DNA of 64,000 nt from Selaginella moellendorffii. Its lineage: Eukaryota > Plantae > Lycopodiophyta. The position numbers and the translations under genes are program-made. Shown piece after piece: positions 9,560-22,265 of this stretch; position 1 is the stretch's first letter; every line of letters starts with the position of its first letter. The stretch covers positions 558,001 to 622,000 of the forward strand of contig NW_003314280.1 of NCBI RefSeq assembly GCF_000143415.4, written 5' to 3'. The notes under the pieces were generated by a model, which had not been told where the DNA came from, made no database searches, and saw only the letters and a program-made list of their open reading frames with translations.

Positions 9560-10560
9560 AGCCATGAAAGAATATTCTAGAGACTTAAATGTTATGCTCT
9601 CTCAAACTAGAAATCTAAATTATGATAGTTGCTTATAATCTTCCACCATCTGATTCACATACTTTGTTTGCCCATCTGTCTAAAGATGATCTCCGCTTAA
9701 GAATTTCAAAGTCACTTGTATAATCTTTGCAAAAATCTTTTAAAATCCATTAGTGAACTTTGAATCTTGATCACTAATGATATTCTTTGGCAAACCAAAA
9801 TTAAGAAAAACCTTTTCTAAGTAAACTGCAATCAAGTATGAAACAATGACAATTTTCCGAAAGGTTAACAATTGTATATATTTCATTAAATGATCTATTA
9901 TGACCCATATTTGCTCCTTTTGCTTTTGTATTCATAACAAACAAGTGATGAAATCTATAAAGATACTACATTAATAACTCTAAAGAATAGATAAAGGTTG
10001 CAAAAGACCCCCTAGCTTCTCCTATGGCGCATTTACTCGTTGACAAAGTTTATATGATTTACAATACTTAAAAATATCAGCATTCATATTCCTCCAATAA
10101 AAATTGAGCTTAATCAACTTATATTTCTTCTTCCCCCCAAAATGACTAGCCTCTAGACAATCATGATAATGAAAAACTTGAGTAATTAATGCATCCACCT
10201 ATAGGCAAATATCCATGACTATTGTTGTAAAGAATCCAATCTATCAATGAGAAAAATGCTTCCATCTAGAAACTACCTCAGTATCCTGAGCTTAGGCACA
10301 CTTAACCAATTGCCCAAACTTGTTGACCACCTTACTCAAATGATGACAAAATTGTATTTATAATACTGTCATATGACAAGCACGAGATAAAGTGTCCTTG
10401 ACCACTATATTTGATTTTCCCAAATGATGCTTAATAAGAAACTCCCCAAACTCCATGAGTTTGACTATCCAGCGAGCTTACCTAGTATTCAACCTCTTTA
10501 GGGATTGCATGATAAAATATATACAACTTGGGGAATTCCTTATAAAAGTAGAGTTAATAC
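9560..10560 (-). mobile_element. Heavily decayed Ty3/gypsy RNase H-integrase relic
   Basis: Minus strand GKSNIVVKDTLSR and GGLLQPLSI...IDFITCL with many stops. Confidence 0.7.
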
Positions 10561-10927
10561 ACAAAGAGATAAAATGGATATATGCTCTAAGTATAAGTTC
10601 CATGCTTTGGGAAAAAGTAAAAAAATCCATAGCTATGGCAGATACTACTCATAAACATTGTAAGTTCCTGAATTTAGACTTTTTAAGAGGTCATCTAACC
10701 CAATACTATTCAAACCCAAAAACATTTAACCCCAAATATCCCAAAACCCTTAACCAATTGGAAAAAGGGGTGTAATTTTGTTCATAGGCCTTTTCCCTTT
10801 ATATTTGAACCCTATGGATTGTCCTTGAGTCATTCCCTTTGGTTGCTTACAATCCACCATGCTTCTTTACAAGGTCACGCCCTCGTGAATGGAAGCTGAG
10901 AGCTGTAGCTCTCCTAAGAGCCCCGCT

Positions 10928-13706
10928 TGTGAGACACAAATCCCTAAGCCCCAAAGTGGAGCCGAAAGGGTGCCACTGTAAGCGACTAAATTTTTCATTC
11001 TACTTTAGTCACTTGACCACACCTCCGACCACTTGAAGGAGTCTTATTCACAACCTCCATAGGTCCAATTCAGGACTTGGGACTTGCTAGCCCCAAGAGT
11101 GGCATCCATGCCACTCCACCCTTGCATCTGGTCCAAGTGCTCCACGTGTCCGATCCCATGATCGACACTCAAAGGTACCACCGACATAGCAGCCTGTTAC
11201 GCTAAGGCCATGCCCAATCCCCTTTGCTGCACTGGTAGTCCAATACCACTTGCACCACAGTCTTGTCTCTCTAAGACTGGGCCAACCATCCGTGAGTGGT
11301 TATCCCAGATCCACTCCTTAGCATCCTTCGGATGCCCACTGACAAGGGGAATAGCCTTCCCCAATATCCCTCTGTCTGTCCCCATTAAGTCCCTTTCTGC
11401 CCTTGGCCGTGTTTGCCAACACTGCCACTGGATCGAGGCCCACAGGCCTGACCACTAAGTCCCATGGTCCTCTGGGACTTCCTCACCACGTGACTGTATC
11501 CTTGGCCACCACACCAAAGGACTGCTCCTTTTCCTTTCCACAGTCTGGGACTTTGGGACAACACTTCGGAACACCGTGGCTTTACGCGAGCCACCTGGGT
11601 ACTCTCCCCGCCTTCCGCCTTTGGGTGCTCTAGCCATAGGCTTAGAGCAAGGTTCCGTTGAGCCACGTCTGATATCCAAGTAGGTAGTGCCACCCACACT
11701 TGGACTGGGAGCATCGGCCAGTCAATCTCCCGGGGGAACTAGAGCCAGCTCTTGAACACTTCACCAAGCTACCCCGCTTGTCGGTCTGTATTCACTCTAG
11801 TCTTGGACTTCCCAGTGGTCAGTTCATCACCAAACACTGGGTCTAGCCTTCCTGGGCCAAACTAGCCTTTCCTGGCCAAACTGGCTCCACTGCAGTCCTC
11901 CCCCCTTACTATACTTTTGGAGCTCACCAAACCCCCTAGGGTTTGGGAGACGAACGCTTTGGGCTTTCACCCTCTCAAACTCGAACTCAGACTCGGACTC
12001 AGACTTGGACTCGGACTCAGACTCGGACTCGGGCTCGGTCCCGACCTCCGCCTTGGTCTCAGTCTCGGTCCTGATCTCGGTCTCGGTCTCGGTCCCGGTC
12101 TTGGTCTCGGTCTCGGTCTCGACCTCGGACTCCATCTCGGGTCCTTCTCGGACTCCATCTCGGATTCCATCTTGGGTCCATCTTGGACTCCATCTCGGAC
12201 TCCACTTCGGACTCCATCTCGAACTCCATCTCGGACTCCAACTCGGGTCCATCTTAGACTCCATCTCGGACACTTCTACGTGCCATGTGTTGGTCCTTTT
12301 GGGTCCCTTTTGAAGCCTCGCTTATTGCTCGCTCCGTGCTTGTTCCTCGAGCAATTTGTTGGGAGTTCCACTCCTGCTCTCGACCTTTCAAGTCGGAGCT
12401 TTTAGTCCAAATGTGTTACGCTCGTTTGGCTTTCGCTTCGGCCACTACCACGTGGCACCCTTCTGGCTCCACTTTGGGGCCTAGGGATTTTGTGTCTGAA
12501 GATGGAGTCTGAGATGGACCCGAGATAGACCGAGATAGAGTCCAAGATGGACCTGAGATGGAGTCCGAAATGGACAGAGATGGAGTTCGAGATGGACCTG
12601 AGATGGAGTCCAAGATGGAGTTTGAGATGGACCAAGACGGAGTCCGAGATGGACCTGAGATGGAATTTGCGATGGAGTTCGAGAAGGACCCGAGATAGAC
12701 CGAGGCCGAGTCCGAGTCCGAGTCCGAGGGTGAAAGCCCAAAGCTTCATCTCCCAAACCCTGGGGGGTTTGGTGAGCTCCAAAAGTATAGTAAGGGGAGC
12801 ACTCCAGTGGAGCCAGTTTGGCCAGGAAAGGCTAGTTTGGCCCAGGAAGGCTGTGCCCAGGTGTTGGGTGATGGGATAACCACTAGGAAGTCCAAGGCTA
12901 GAGTGAATATGGACTGACAAGCGGAGTAACTTGGTGAAGTGTTCAAGAGCCGGCTCTAGTTCCCCCGAGAGATCGAATGGCCGATGCTCCCAATCCAAGT
13001 GTGGGTGGCATTACCTACTTGGATACCTGGTGTGGCTCAATGGAACCTCGCTCTAAGCCCATGGCAAAAGCACCAAAAGGCAGAGGTGGGGAATCCTACT
13101 GTCCTTTGGGACTTCCTCACCATGTGACTGTATCCTTAGTCACTGCACTAGAGGATTGCTCCTCTTCCTTTTCACAGTCTGGGACTTTGGGATAACATTT
13201 CGGAACACCGTGGCCTTACGTGAGCCTCATGGGTACTTGGGCCTACAGGCCTTGTTCCAATGGTAGTGTTGGCGAACACAGCCATGGATAGAAAGGGACT
13301 TGGTGGGGACTGAAAAAGGGATTGGGGAAGACTGTTCCCCATGTCTACGGACATCTTAAGGATGCTAAGGAGTGGATCTGGGATGATCACTCATGGACGG
13401 ATAGCCAAGTTTTTGAGGGATGGGACTGCGATGCAGGTGGTGTTAGACCATCTGTGTGATCAAGGTGAATGGGCATGGCCTTAGTGTAATGGGCTGATAT
13501 GTCAGTGGTACCTTGGTGTCGATCATGGGATTGGACACGTGGAGCACTTGGACCAAGTGCAAAAGTTGAGTGGTAGGGATGCCATTCTCGGGGCTAGCAA
13601 GCCCAAGTCTAGAATAGGACTTATGGAGGTTATGAGTGAGACTCCTCCAAGTAGTCAGAGGTGTGGTTAAGTGACTAAAGTGGAATGGAAAATTTAGTTG
13701 CTTACA
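10928..13706 (+). repeat. Solo LTR (related to the 2318-3464 LTR) with 5-bp TSD, carrying an internal inverted LTR copy
   Basis: TGTGAG...CTTACA flanked on both sides by CCGCT (10923-10927, 13707-13711). Confidence 0.85.
10977..12497 (-). repeat. Inverted LTR copy nested in the solo LTR
   Basis: Reverse-complement match to 12500-13706 and to 10931-10976; includes the 12-bp tandem repeat block 11980-12270. Confidence 0.8.
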
Positions 13707-15114
13707 CCGCTCTTTTGACACCCTACCCCTTGAGTTGAGCCTAGCAGGAGTAAATTAGACTTATCAGATGTCAATCAACATATGGTGAGATTCTCTTAAC
13801 CAACCAATAGAGTCAGACCCGAGACTTCTCTAATACCAAACATAAACTCATGAATTTAGATTTCCTAGAAGGTCATATAGCATTGTATTATTCAAACCCA
13901 AGGACACTTAACCCTAAATATCCCAAGACCCTTAACCAATTGAAAAAAGGGGTGCACTCTTGTTCATGGGCCCTTTCTTTCTAAATTTGAACCCCATAGA
14001 TCATCTCTCGAGTTATTCCCTTTGGTTGCTTACAAGCATTTACTAGAGGCAACTAGATTTGGTTGCTTTTCTAGAAGAGAATAGTCTAAAAATTGGTTTT
14101 TCAATCCAATTAGACATAAACTTATCATCTTCATTCTCAAGAATTGCCTCAAGCTCTTCCACAGCAATAAGTGTGTTGCAAATACCTATTTTATAATTAT
14201 CTATGTCCAAGCTTATATGCACAACATCCAAACTCTATGTTGGTGCTGAGAGATCCTTAGTAAGAAAGAAAAACTAGTATATATCTAGCATGCTCTACAT
14301 ACTATTCAGCTTTAGAAAATGGTACTTTAGGTGTTGGAGTTGCAAAAGTGGCTGGAGGAACCACCACCTTGTTGGATTCCCCACTATATGGCAACAAATG
14401 GATTAATGTGAAATCCCTAGATTCTGAAGTCAAGGGGCCTCTAGAATTGTGTAATGATGGTAAAGAAGTTAGGTGTGATTATTATCCAGTTAAAGAAGTC
14501 AATCATATTATATTGAACAACTTACATCTCCAACAATATATCATCTTTCATGAGTTCTGAGGAAAGAATTTTGAGATCTTGGTTAACTTTAATAATAAAA
14601 GTAGTATCTATTTTAGATGAGCTGGATGAAAGTGGAAAATAGCCATAAGCATTGAAAAGAGTCACTATATAGATGCTATTGGTGATTGTTAATTCTCCTT
14701 TAGCCGAAGTTGTTATAGAACTTATTGTAAAATGCCACAGCTATTCCAGGATGATGGAGTCTTTCAAGGTTCTAGAGTTGAGTTGTTGGTAATCCACTAT
14801 GATAAAGTCAAGTGTCAAAATCATATAGTGCACCAAAATCTTGATGTTGCATCAAATGTTTGCAAGGATCACAATATAGTTGGCTAATATCTTGGGGAGC
14901 CACTTCTAAACCACTAGAGTGTGTCAAATTGAGAAAGATGATGTTGCTCTAAGAGCATAAATAAAGTAATGCTTATGCCTTTAAGGAAGAGTTTTTGATT
15001 CGAACCTCCATAACAAATGCTCATGAATTGTGAGTAATCTATCTACTATTTGCATATTATGTTAAGTTGCCATATGGAAACTTATGAACTTTGCAAATGC
15101 CTCTAAATGAGAGT

Positions 15115-15262
15115 TGAAACTCTTAAAAGAATCTATGGGGTTTAAATATAGAGGGAAGGGGCCCATGAATAAAAATGCAACCCTATTCCAATTAATTAGG
15201 GTTTTGGGATAGTTGAGGTTAAATATCATTGGGTTTGAATAGTATTGAGTTAGATGACTTCT
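15115..15262 (+). repeat. Cassandra-like LTR fragment
   Basis: Reverse complement of 10690-10830; cut at the 5S C-box-like GATGACTTCT by the next LTR. Confidence 0.7.
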
Positions 15263-18200
15263 TGTAGCGCACCTAAATTTGGAGCTGAACTCCAAGCCTA
15301 TTGTGCTACAAAATGAGGGTTAAAATGAGGGTTAAAATGAGGGTTCAATACAAACACAATCCCACGAGCACCAGCTCCCCAAATCCAACACCTACATGCT
15401 AAATGGTGTTAAATAGGTGCTTAGCAAGATTTTGGCATACTAGTGGCATAACGCGAGGAGGAGGGTACCCCACCGACTAGAGTAGCATGGAGCTTTGGTT
15501 TAAACCCAAGTTGGATGCAAACCAAAGAGCGACACAACCTAGCAAGAGCCAAATTAATATCTAAGGTGGTCAGACATGCATTCCAACCACTATCTCTATT
15601 ATACATTTGGAACCCCCTATAACCCCCCTTTACTCATGAATACACACTTTGGGCTTTTACCCCAAGCCTCCCTTAGTACTAGGAGTGAGTCTTTGGGACA
15701 AGCGTGAAATTTATTAAATATGGAATGGCACTAAGTTGCAAATCTGGAAATATGAAAAACACCATAAGATTAAAGACACTCTCTACATTCCATGCCTCTT
15801 GGGCAGATTTAAACACTTGCCATAAATAGCATATAAATCTGGGATGGAACCAACACATAGGGCATGATAACGAGGGTGTTTGGCAAACACAATAAACTAT
15901 CATGGAGGGATTAGACTCAATACGTAAGAGTTCTTGCTAAACCAGTGCAAGACAGAGCAGAGAACCAATAAGCTGGGCCAAGTATACTTAGCTAAATAGA
16001 TACTTAGGAATTCCTTTCTTATAGTGTAGATGCTAAGTCTAATTTATTAATACTTGGATAATAGGGGTTAATAAAGGGAACTAGCAATACCAACCTCCTA
16101 CCATCATGGTAGTAAGGAGAGAGTGTCTGTAAAGACTAGCTGACAAATATCTTTCGATACCCGAAGTCACAGTCACAACACTCCCTCCCTTAGGGAAGAT
16201 CAACGTCCTTATCGATGCATACTTGAGTCTAGCAAACTATCAAGGAAACAACTTCGGAAGTTAATGGAAAGCACACTATATAGGAAATATACCGACTTAA
16301 ATGAGTTATAAGATTACCTCTTCTCTACATCTAAAGATGTTAAAACTTAGACACCCTCTGGCTGTTATTAACAAGGAAATGACTAACAGAGTTTGCTACC
16401 CTTGCTACTCCGAGTACCACTCGGCTTACAAAGGAATGATACATCCTTGCCCACGAAAAAGGGCCAATGGCCAAACTTCCCTTGAGTAAAAATCAACCCT
16501 GTCAGGAAGATTTAAACAATTATTATAAACTGGCAGATGAAGTTATTTACACGACCACACCCCTTTTAAAAAATGAGTCATCGAGAGAAAGGTAGGACTT
16601 ATGATCAGTCTATAATAGTTATCCCCATAGTTATGGATTGAACATATGCACCAAAGTGCCAAAGTCAGCCTACCAAAACTAACCCAAGAACTAATGATCG
16701 AGAGAAACAAAACTTTTGATTTTTAATAGAAATGTATTACTTTATTAATTTGCAAGATTTATTACAAGATTAAAATAACTACTTTTTATTACGATTCTCA
16801 TACTCTGTGACAAACTCATGAGCATGTGTAAAATCCCTAAGAAGCTCCCAAGTTGATTCACAAGTTGGATAACCTTTCCACTTAACTAGATACTCTCGAC
16901 GTTTGACACGTTTAAGCCAGAATAGCTTCCACTTCATATTTAGGTTCACCATAAACAACATCTGGAGCTGGATGGACATCCTTAGAGTGGCCAGGATCCT
17001 CATGATATGGGGCCAGTAAACTGATATGAAACACATCATGAAGACTAGACATCTCTTTTGAAAGATCCAACTGATAAGATACAACACCAATCCTTTTCAA
17101 AACCCAATAGGCTAAAATATATCTTGGTAACAACTTCCGAGAGAAAAATCCCTTAATATTCAAGTTGTTAGAAGATAGCCACACCTAATCTCCCACTTGA
17201 TAGGATACATTTTGATAATGCTAATCTTTATCATGTCGATACCTATCCTGAGCTTTGCCCATTGCCTCAATAGCTCTAGACCAACCTTGGTATAGCTACT
17301 CTTATAAGTCTTAGCAATTGGGATTAACACTTTGGATATTGGTTTTGGTACAACAATCTGTTGAGGAACCTTATGAGCATTCCCTTGCAACATCTCCTAT
17401 AGAGAACGGCTAATAGTGCTATGAAACCTGTTATTATAACAAATTTCTATTGTGTCCAAATGCTCAATCTTGTTGCGTTAATCCGCCGCAATATAGTACC
17501 ACAGATAACCCTTAACTTGAGCATTCATACGTTCGGTTTGCCTATCGATTTAAGGATTGTAAGCCATAATAAACTTCAACTTGGTACTAAATAATTGAAA
17601 CAATGTGCCCCAAAACTTCCTTGTAAATCTCGAATCTCTATCCAAGATCATATTTTTGGGAAGACCACGAACTCGCACTACTTCATGGAGAAATAGCTTT
17701 GTTGCTTGCTTTGCATTCACTGTTTCCATAGTTGAAATAAAGTGTGCAATCTTCAACAACTGATCCACAACCACCATCAAAGTATCATAACCCTTAGACT
17801 TCGGCTTGCAAGTGACAAAATCAAGTGTCACACTCTGAAATGGCCATGCCAGTGTTGGAATGCACCACAACTTCCCAGCCTGCTTCTCAGTTCTGCGCTT
17901 ACATTGCTGGCATATAGGGTAAGAATGGACATAATCTACTATATCACTTTTTATAACAGACTAGAAAATCCCTTTTTCAATGAAGCAAGAGTCTTTTATT
18001 TTCCACCATGTCCCATTACTAGAACATCATGATGTTCCTACAAAAACAACTATTGCAGATCCTTAGAAGGAATATACAACTTTTCTTGCTTATAGAAAAT
18101 AAGCCCATCTTGACTAAGAAGTGAAGTTTCGCATTGGTATGACTAGCAACTTTCCCTGCTTTTCTAATAGGGTTCTGCTTTGACAACTCCACACGAAGCA

Positions 18201-18737
18201 AAATTGCCTTCGCCAATGGATCACTTCCATATGAAGCCCGAACATCCTCCAACTAGTCCGAATTGATTGTTGATATTGCCCAAAATTGAGCTTGACGACT
18301 CAATGCATCCGAAACAATATTGTCTTTACCAGGTTTATAGATAATTTCAATATTGAATTTAACGAGCTTCTCTTGCCAACAAGCCTGCTTCGGCATAAGC
18401 TTTGGCTGCATATAAAAGTAACTTAGTGTATTGTTATACATATAAACCTTGGTATGCCTACCTAAATAGTGTCTTTAGTGTTCCAATGCTGACATTATAG
18501 TAAACATCTTTGTCATATGTTGGCCATTTTTGTTGAGTTTCATCCAATTTCTTAGAAAAGAACACAACAGGACAATTGTGTCGCCTTAGTGTAACACTAA
18601 CCACTTTATCACAATCTTGCTACAACATAGCATTAATAACATAGCCAGATGCATCACAATGCACTTTAAAGGGTTTATCAAGATCTAGGATCCTAAGAAT
18701 AGGAACCATAATCAAGATCTCTTTCAACCATAAAAAA
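15263..18737 (-). mobile_element. Decayed chromovirus: 3' LTR 15263-16180, PPT 16181-16192, chromodomain-integrase-RNase H relic 16780-18737
   Basis: TG...CA LTR; AGGGAGGGAG PPT; EYLVKWKGYPTCESTWE, HDVFHISLL, TLDFVT, YKPGKDNIVSDALSR; many stops. Confidence 0.88.
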
Positions 18738-19672
18738 TGTCAGGAATGTGACTTTACATATAAGTTATCTGTCGACTAGTTCTTTCAAATATTCTTTCTT
18801 TACTGCCACAACAACAGAAGGTTGGCATTGCTAGACCCTTTATCAGTCCTTTTTGTTCAAGTGTTAATAAACTAAACTTTGGGCCGGATGAGCATAAGGA
18901 AGGAATTCCTAAGTGTTTATTTAGCCAAATATACTTGGCCCGGCTTATTAATTATCTTTTGCTATATCTTGCACTAGCTTGACAAGAACCCTCACATATT
19001 GAGACTAGTCCCTCAATATTGCTGGATGATAACTTAGCATGTTTGCCAAACACCTTTACTATTATGCCCTTTGCGGTCCCAAATGATAATTATAGAAAGT
19101 GTCTAAATTTGCTCATTTGGTATATCTACATAATGTAAAGATTGTTCTAAACACAATAGTGTTCATCCCATGTCCAAATTTGCAATTTAAAGACATTTTA
19201 TATTTAGTAAGTTTTGAGCTTGTTCTAAAGACTAACTCTTGGCATTAAAGGTGGCTAAGGGTGAAAGCCCAAAGCGTGTGTTCCTTAGGGTAGGTCAGGC
19301 ATGGTTGACCAACCTAAGGCATAGTTTAACTCCTTGCGTGTGTATCTTTGTTTTGCATTCGACTTGGGTCTAAGCCCAAATTCCATTCCATGCTAGCTGG
19401 TGGAGTACATATATCCTTGTGTTATGCCACCGGTATGCTGAAATAGTGTCAAATTCCATTTTGCTCCATTTTGCTGTGTTAGTCTTAGCATTAGGATGCT
19501 GGATGCTCTAGGACTATTCGAAGTTGCTCCATCCTCTTATCCCTTCGCTCCTTAGGCTATATGCTTGGGAGTTTCTCCATGCTCCGGTTCCTTCACTCTT
19601 TAGCTCCATGCTTAGGAGTTTAGCTCTATTCCTTCTTTCAATGGCCCAAGGCCCTGAAATGCAAGTTCTACA
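18738..19672 (+). repeat. LTR of the same family as 15263-16180, opposite orientation
   Basis: TGTCAG...CTACA; reverse-complement similarity to 15420-16180; no TSD. Confidence 0.75.
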
Positions 19673-19959
19673 CTAGTAGATTTTGGACATATGGCATGTG
19701 ACACGTGGCACATAGAGGGTTTACATTCCATTTTGTGGTTATCCTATGGTAAATCCATAGGACAACTCGGAGCTCCTCTTCATCGAGGAGCTAGCTGGGA
19801 ACAAGGATTACTTCAACTCAAATAAATTCTTCTTGCTGGAATACAGCTCCAGCAAGTTGTGCATCGATATCAAGGGCTGGAATTTCAAGGATATTGATCA
19901 AATCGAGCCAGAGGACCTAGATTTTGCATGGAAGGGCAAGAGGGATGATAGCTACTTAG

Positions 19960-20072
19960 AGGATAAGGATATGCAGCTGGAAAGAACTTCCAAGGACTCC
20001 ATTCCCAGAGTTCCATTTTACAAGATGTATGCTTTTGCTGATCCTCTCAACTATCTTCTTATGACACCATAG
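19960..20072 (+). pseudogene. Fragment of an ABCB/MDR transporter N-terminus
   Basis: RVPFYKMYAFADPLNYLLMT followed by a stop. Confidence 0.6.
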
Positions 20073-20374
20073 GATAAAAGGTAAAAACTGTATATGCTAC
20101 ATAAAAGCATACTAACAAACTGGTGTCCAATGAAATAGTATATTACTCTTCCTTAACTTAGTCAATGGAAGAGTAATTCTTGCAAAATTGGGGACAAACT
20201 TGCAATAGTATCCAGCCAAACTGAGAAAAGAACGAACATTTGATATAGTGATTAGGACTTCCTAGAACTTTATCGCTTCCACCTTCTTTGGATCCACCTC
20301 AATTACACCACCACCAACTATATGTCCAAGAAAATTCACGTGCAATTGTCCAAAAATGCATTTACTTTCCTTAG

Positions 20375-20908
20375 CATATAGTTAGTCTTTGGGACAAATG
20401 TGAAACATACTAAATATGGAATGGTATTATATTGCAAATCTAGAAGCAGGAACAACACTATGGGGTTCAAGACACTTTCTATATTGCATAAATATGCCTA
20501 TTGGGCAGATCTAAACACTTACAATAAATAATATATAAATCCGGGATAGAACCAACACATAGAGCATAATAGTGAAGGTGTTTGGCAGACATGGTAAACT
20601 ATCATATAGCAATATTAAAGGACTAAACTCAATATGCGAGGGTTTTTGCCAAACTAGTGCAAGATAAAGCAAAAGAAAACTAACAAGCTAGACTAAGGAT
20701 ACTTGGCTAAATAAACACTTAGGAATTCTTTCTTTATACTCATCCGGCCAAGTGTAAATGTTAAGTCTAGTTTACTAATAGTTGGACAACAAAGGTTAAT
20801 AAAGGGAACTAATAGTACTGACTTCCTGCCGTCATAGCAGTAAGGAGAGAATGTCCGTAAGAACTAGCCAATAAGTATTTTTCGATACCCGAAATCACAT
20901 TCGTAACA
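20375..20908 (-). repeat. Partial LTR, same family as 15263-16180
   Basis: Direct similarity to 15675-16180, ending ATTCGTAACA. Confidence 0.75.
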
Positions 20909-21189
20909 CTTTTAGAGATTAGGAGTTTATATTTGGTATCAAAGAAGTCTCAAATTTAACTTTGTTAATTAATTAGAGGAATTACACCACATGTTAAAAT
21001 TGCAAAATTGTACCTTCACAATTGTTACAAGATGTCATTAAGATTGACAACTTGTACCTTCAAAATTGCTACAAGCTGTTGATGTTAAGTCTCTTGGTTA
21101 CCAAAGGAAATCACACCATATATTAAGATTAACAAATTGTATTTGGTCTTGAAATTAATATTTGATGAACATTCTTCTACTAATTCGAA

Positions 21190-21620
21190 TAAATTTTATT
21201 GAACATTTGGGCAGCATACAAGTGGGACAACAACAAAATTACAACTCTCATCATCATCCATCTGTAGAGTACAAAACAAATAATGAATAAAGTGAATATA
21301 TGGTTTATCTAATGGGTTCTTGTTTTAATGGAAGGCACCATATCTAGTATTGTAACAAGTTAAACTACAAGTTTATAAGGTTTAAATAGCATTCAATAAA
21401 TCAATCCTCTAAAAACTGTGCATATGTAACAATTGAAACACTTTATATAAAGGGATTACAAACAAATTGTAATGGACCTACAAATGCCTCTTCTAGATCT
21501 TAGTTTATCAACAATAGAACTTTATCTTTAATCCTTCTGAGAGAGGAGATGATATAAAATCTAAATATATAGCTACAATGTTATATGTTATTAGTAGTGT
21601 AGTGGGTGATAGTGGTTAAA
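21190..21620 (+). mobile_element. Relic homologous to the 4120-4560 gypsy 3' end
   Basis: Shared GCATACAA(A/G)TGGGACAACAAC and PPT/LTR-start similarity. Confidence 0.6.
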
Positions 21621-21765
21621 TTGATTTTAATCTTATATATTATATAATTTTACAATTTTATAACTTATTTAGGGTTGAGCTATATGTGTATTATATTTAG
21701 TTATTATAAAACTTATTAAACATTATTTAAAAACTCGTATTCTGTGAAGACCAGATGGATCTGGG

Positions 21766-22072
21766 CTAGAACCTCCAGATGACCCGTATCATACGAATCT
21801 TCCTGCTTACACAGAATTCTCTTTGTTTGAGAGAGAGACACAGAGAGAGAGAGAGAGTCAAACAAACCTGGTGTCTGTGACAAGGCAGAATTTGTTCCCA
21901 CATTTATCAGCCTGATCAGTCAGGCGACAAGTGGTTTGAGGGAAAGGCAAATTAACGTTCAAGAGACCTGTAGCTGGCCAACTTGTAGATCTGAGTCGTT
22001 TGGAGGACGAAAAGAGGTGTCCTGCGCACGCACAAATACCCTCCTCACTGCGTCTTTCGCCTGCACCTCCAT
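21766..22072 (-). pseudogene. Truncated paralog of the orphan two-repeat gene
   Basis: Near identity to 6370-6672 including introns; WRFY codon TAT changed to TAG and homology ends there. Confidence 0.8.
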
Positions 22073-22265
22073 GCCCTATTGCCGAATTGTAATTGCAAAA
22101 ACATTCGAGCCAGCGATTTATCTTGTAGAGTTTTTAAATGCTACGAGGAAAAACTCTTCAGAACGAAAATATGCTTAAAAACTGGAGCAAAATCGCAACC
22201 AGCGCACAAGCTCACAAAATTTTCTTCGCGACAAAATTTTCGTGGCTACTTTTACAAAAAAAAGC

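Larger units (their letters stand above)
10659..14034 (-). mobile_element. Cassandra-like TRIM: LTRs 10659-10851 and about 13841-14034, about 200 bp internal region, interrupted by a nested large LTR
   Basis: About 190-bp direct repeats; PBS TGGTATTAGAG (13828-13838, minus); PPT-like AAGCATGGTGGAT; near TSD aacat/agcat; LTR segment 10676-10731 aligns to the 5S rRNA internal control region. Confidence 0.8.

Noticed and set aside
10676-10731. 5S rRNA gene
   Set aside because: Only the internal promoter segment, embedded in TRIM LTRs
11827-12998. SPRW/RD/LG repeat proteins or a CRISPR-like array
   Set aside because: LTR tandem repeats without unique spacers; eukaryotic context, no cas genes
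14040-15100. Possible decayed coding sequence
   Set aside because: Stops in all frames and no motif I could identify
20932-20944. PBS-like TGGTATCAAAG
   Set aside because: Not directly adjacent to a correctly oriented LTR end; no element could be reconstructed
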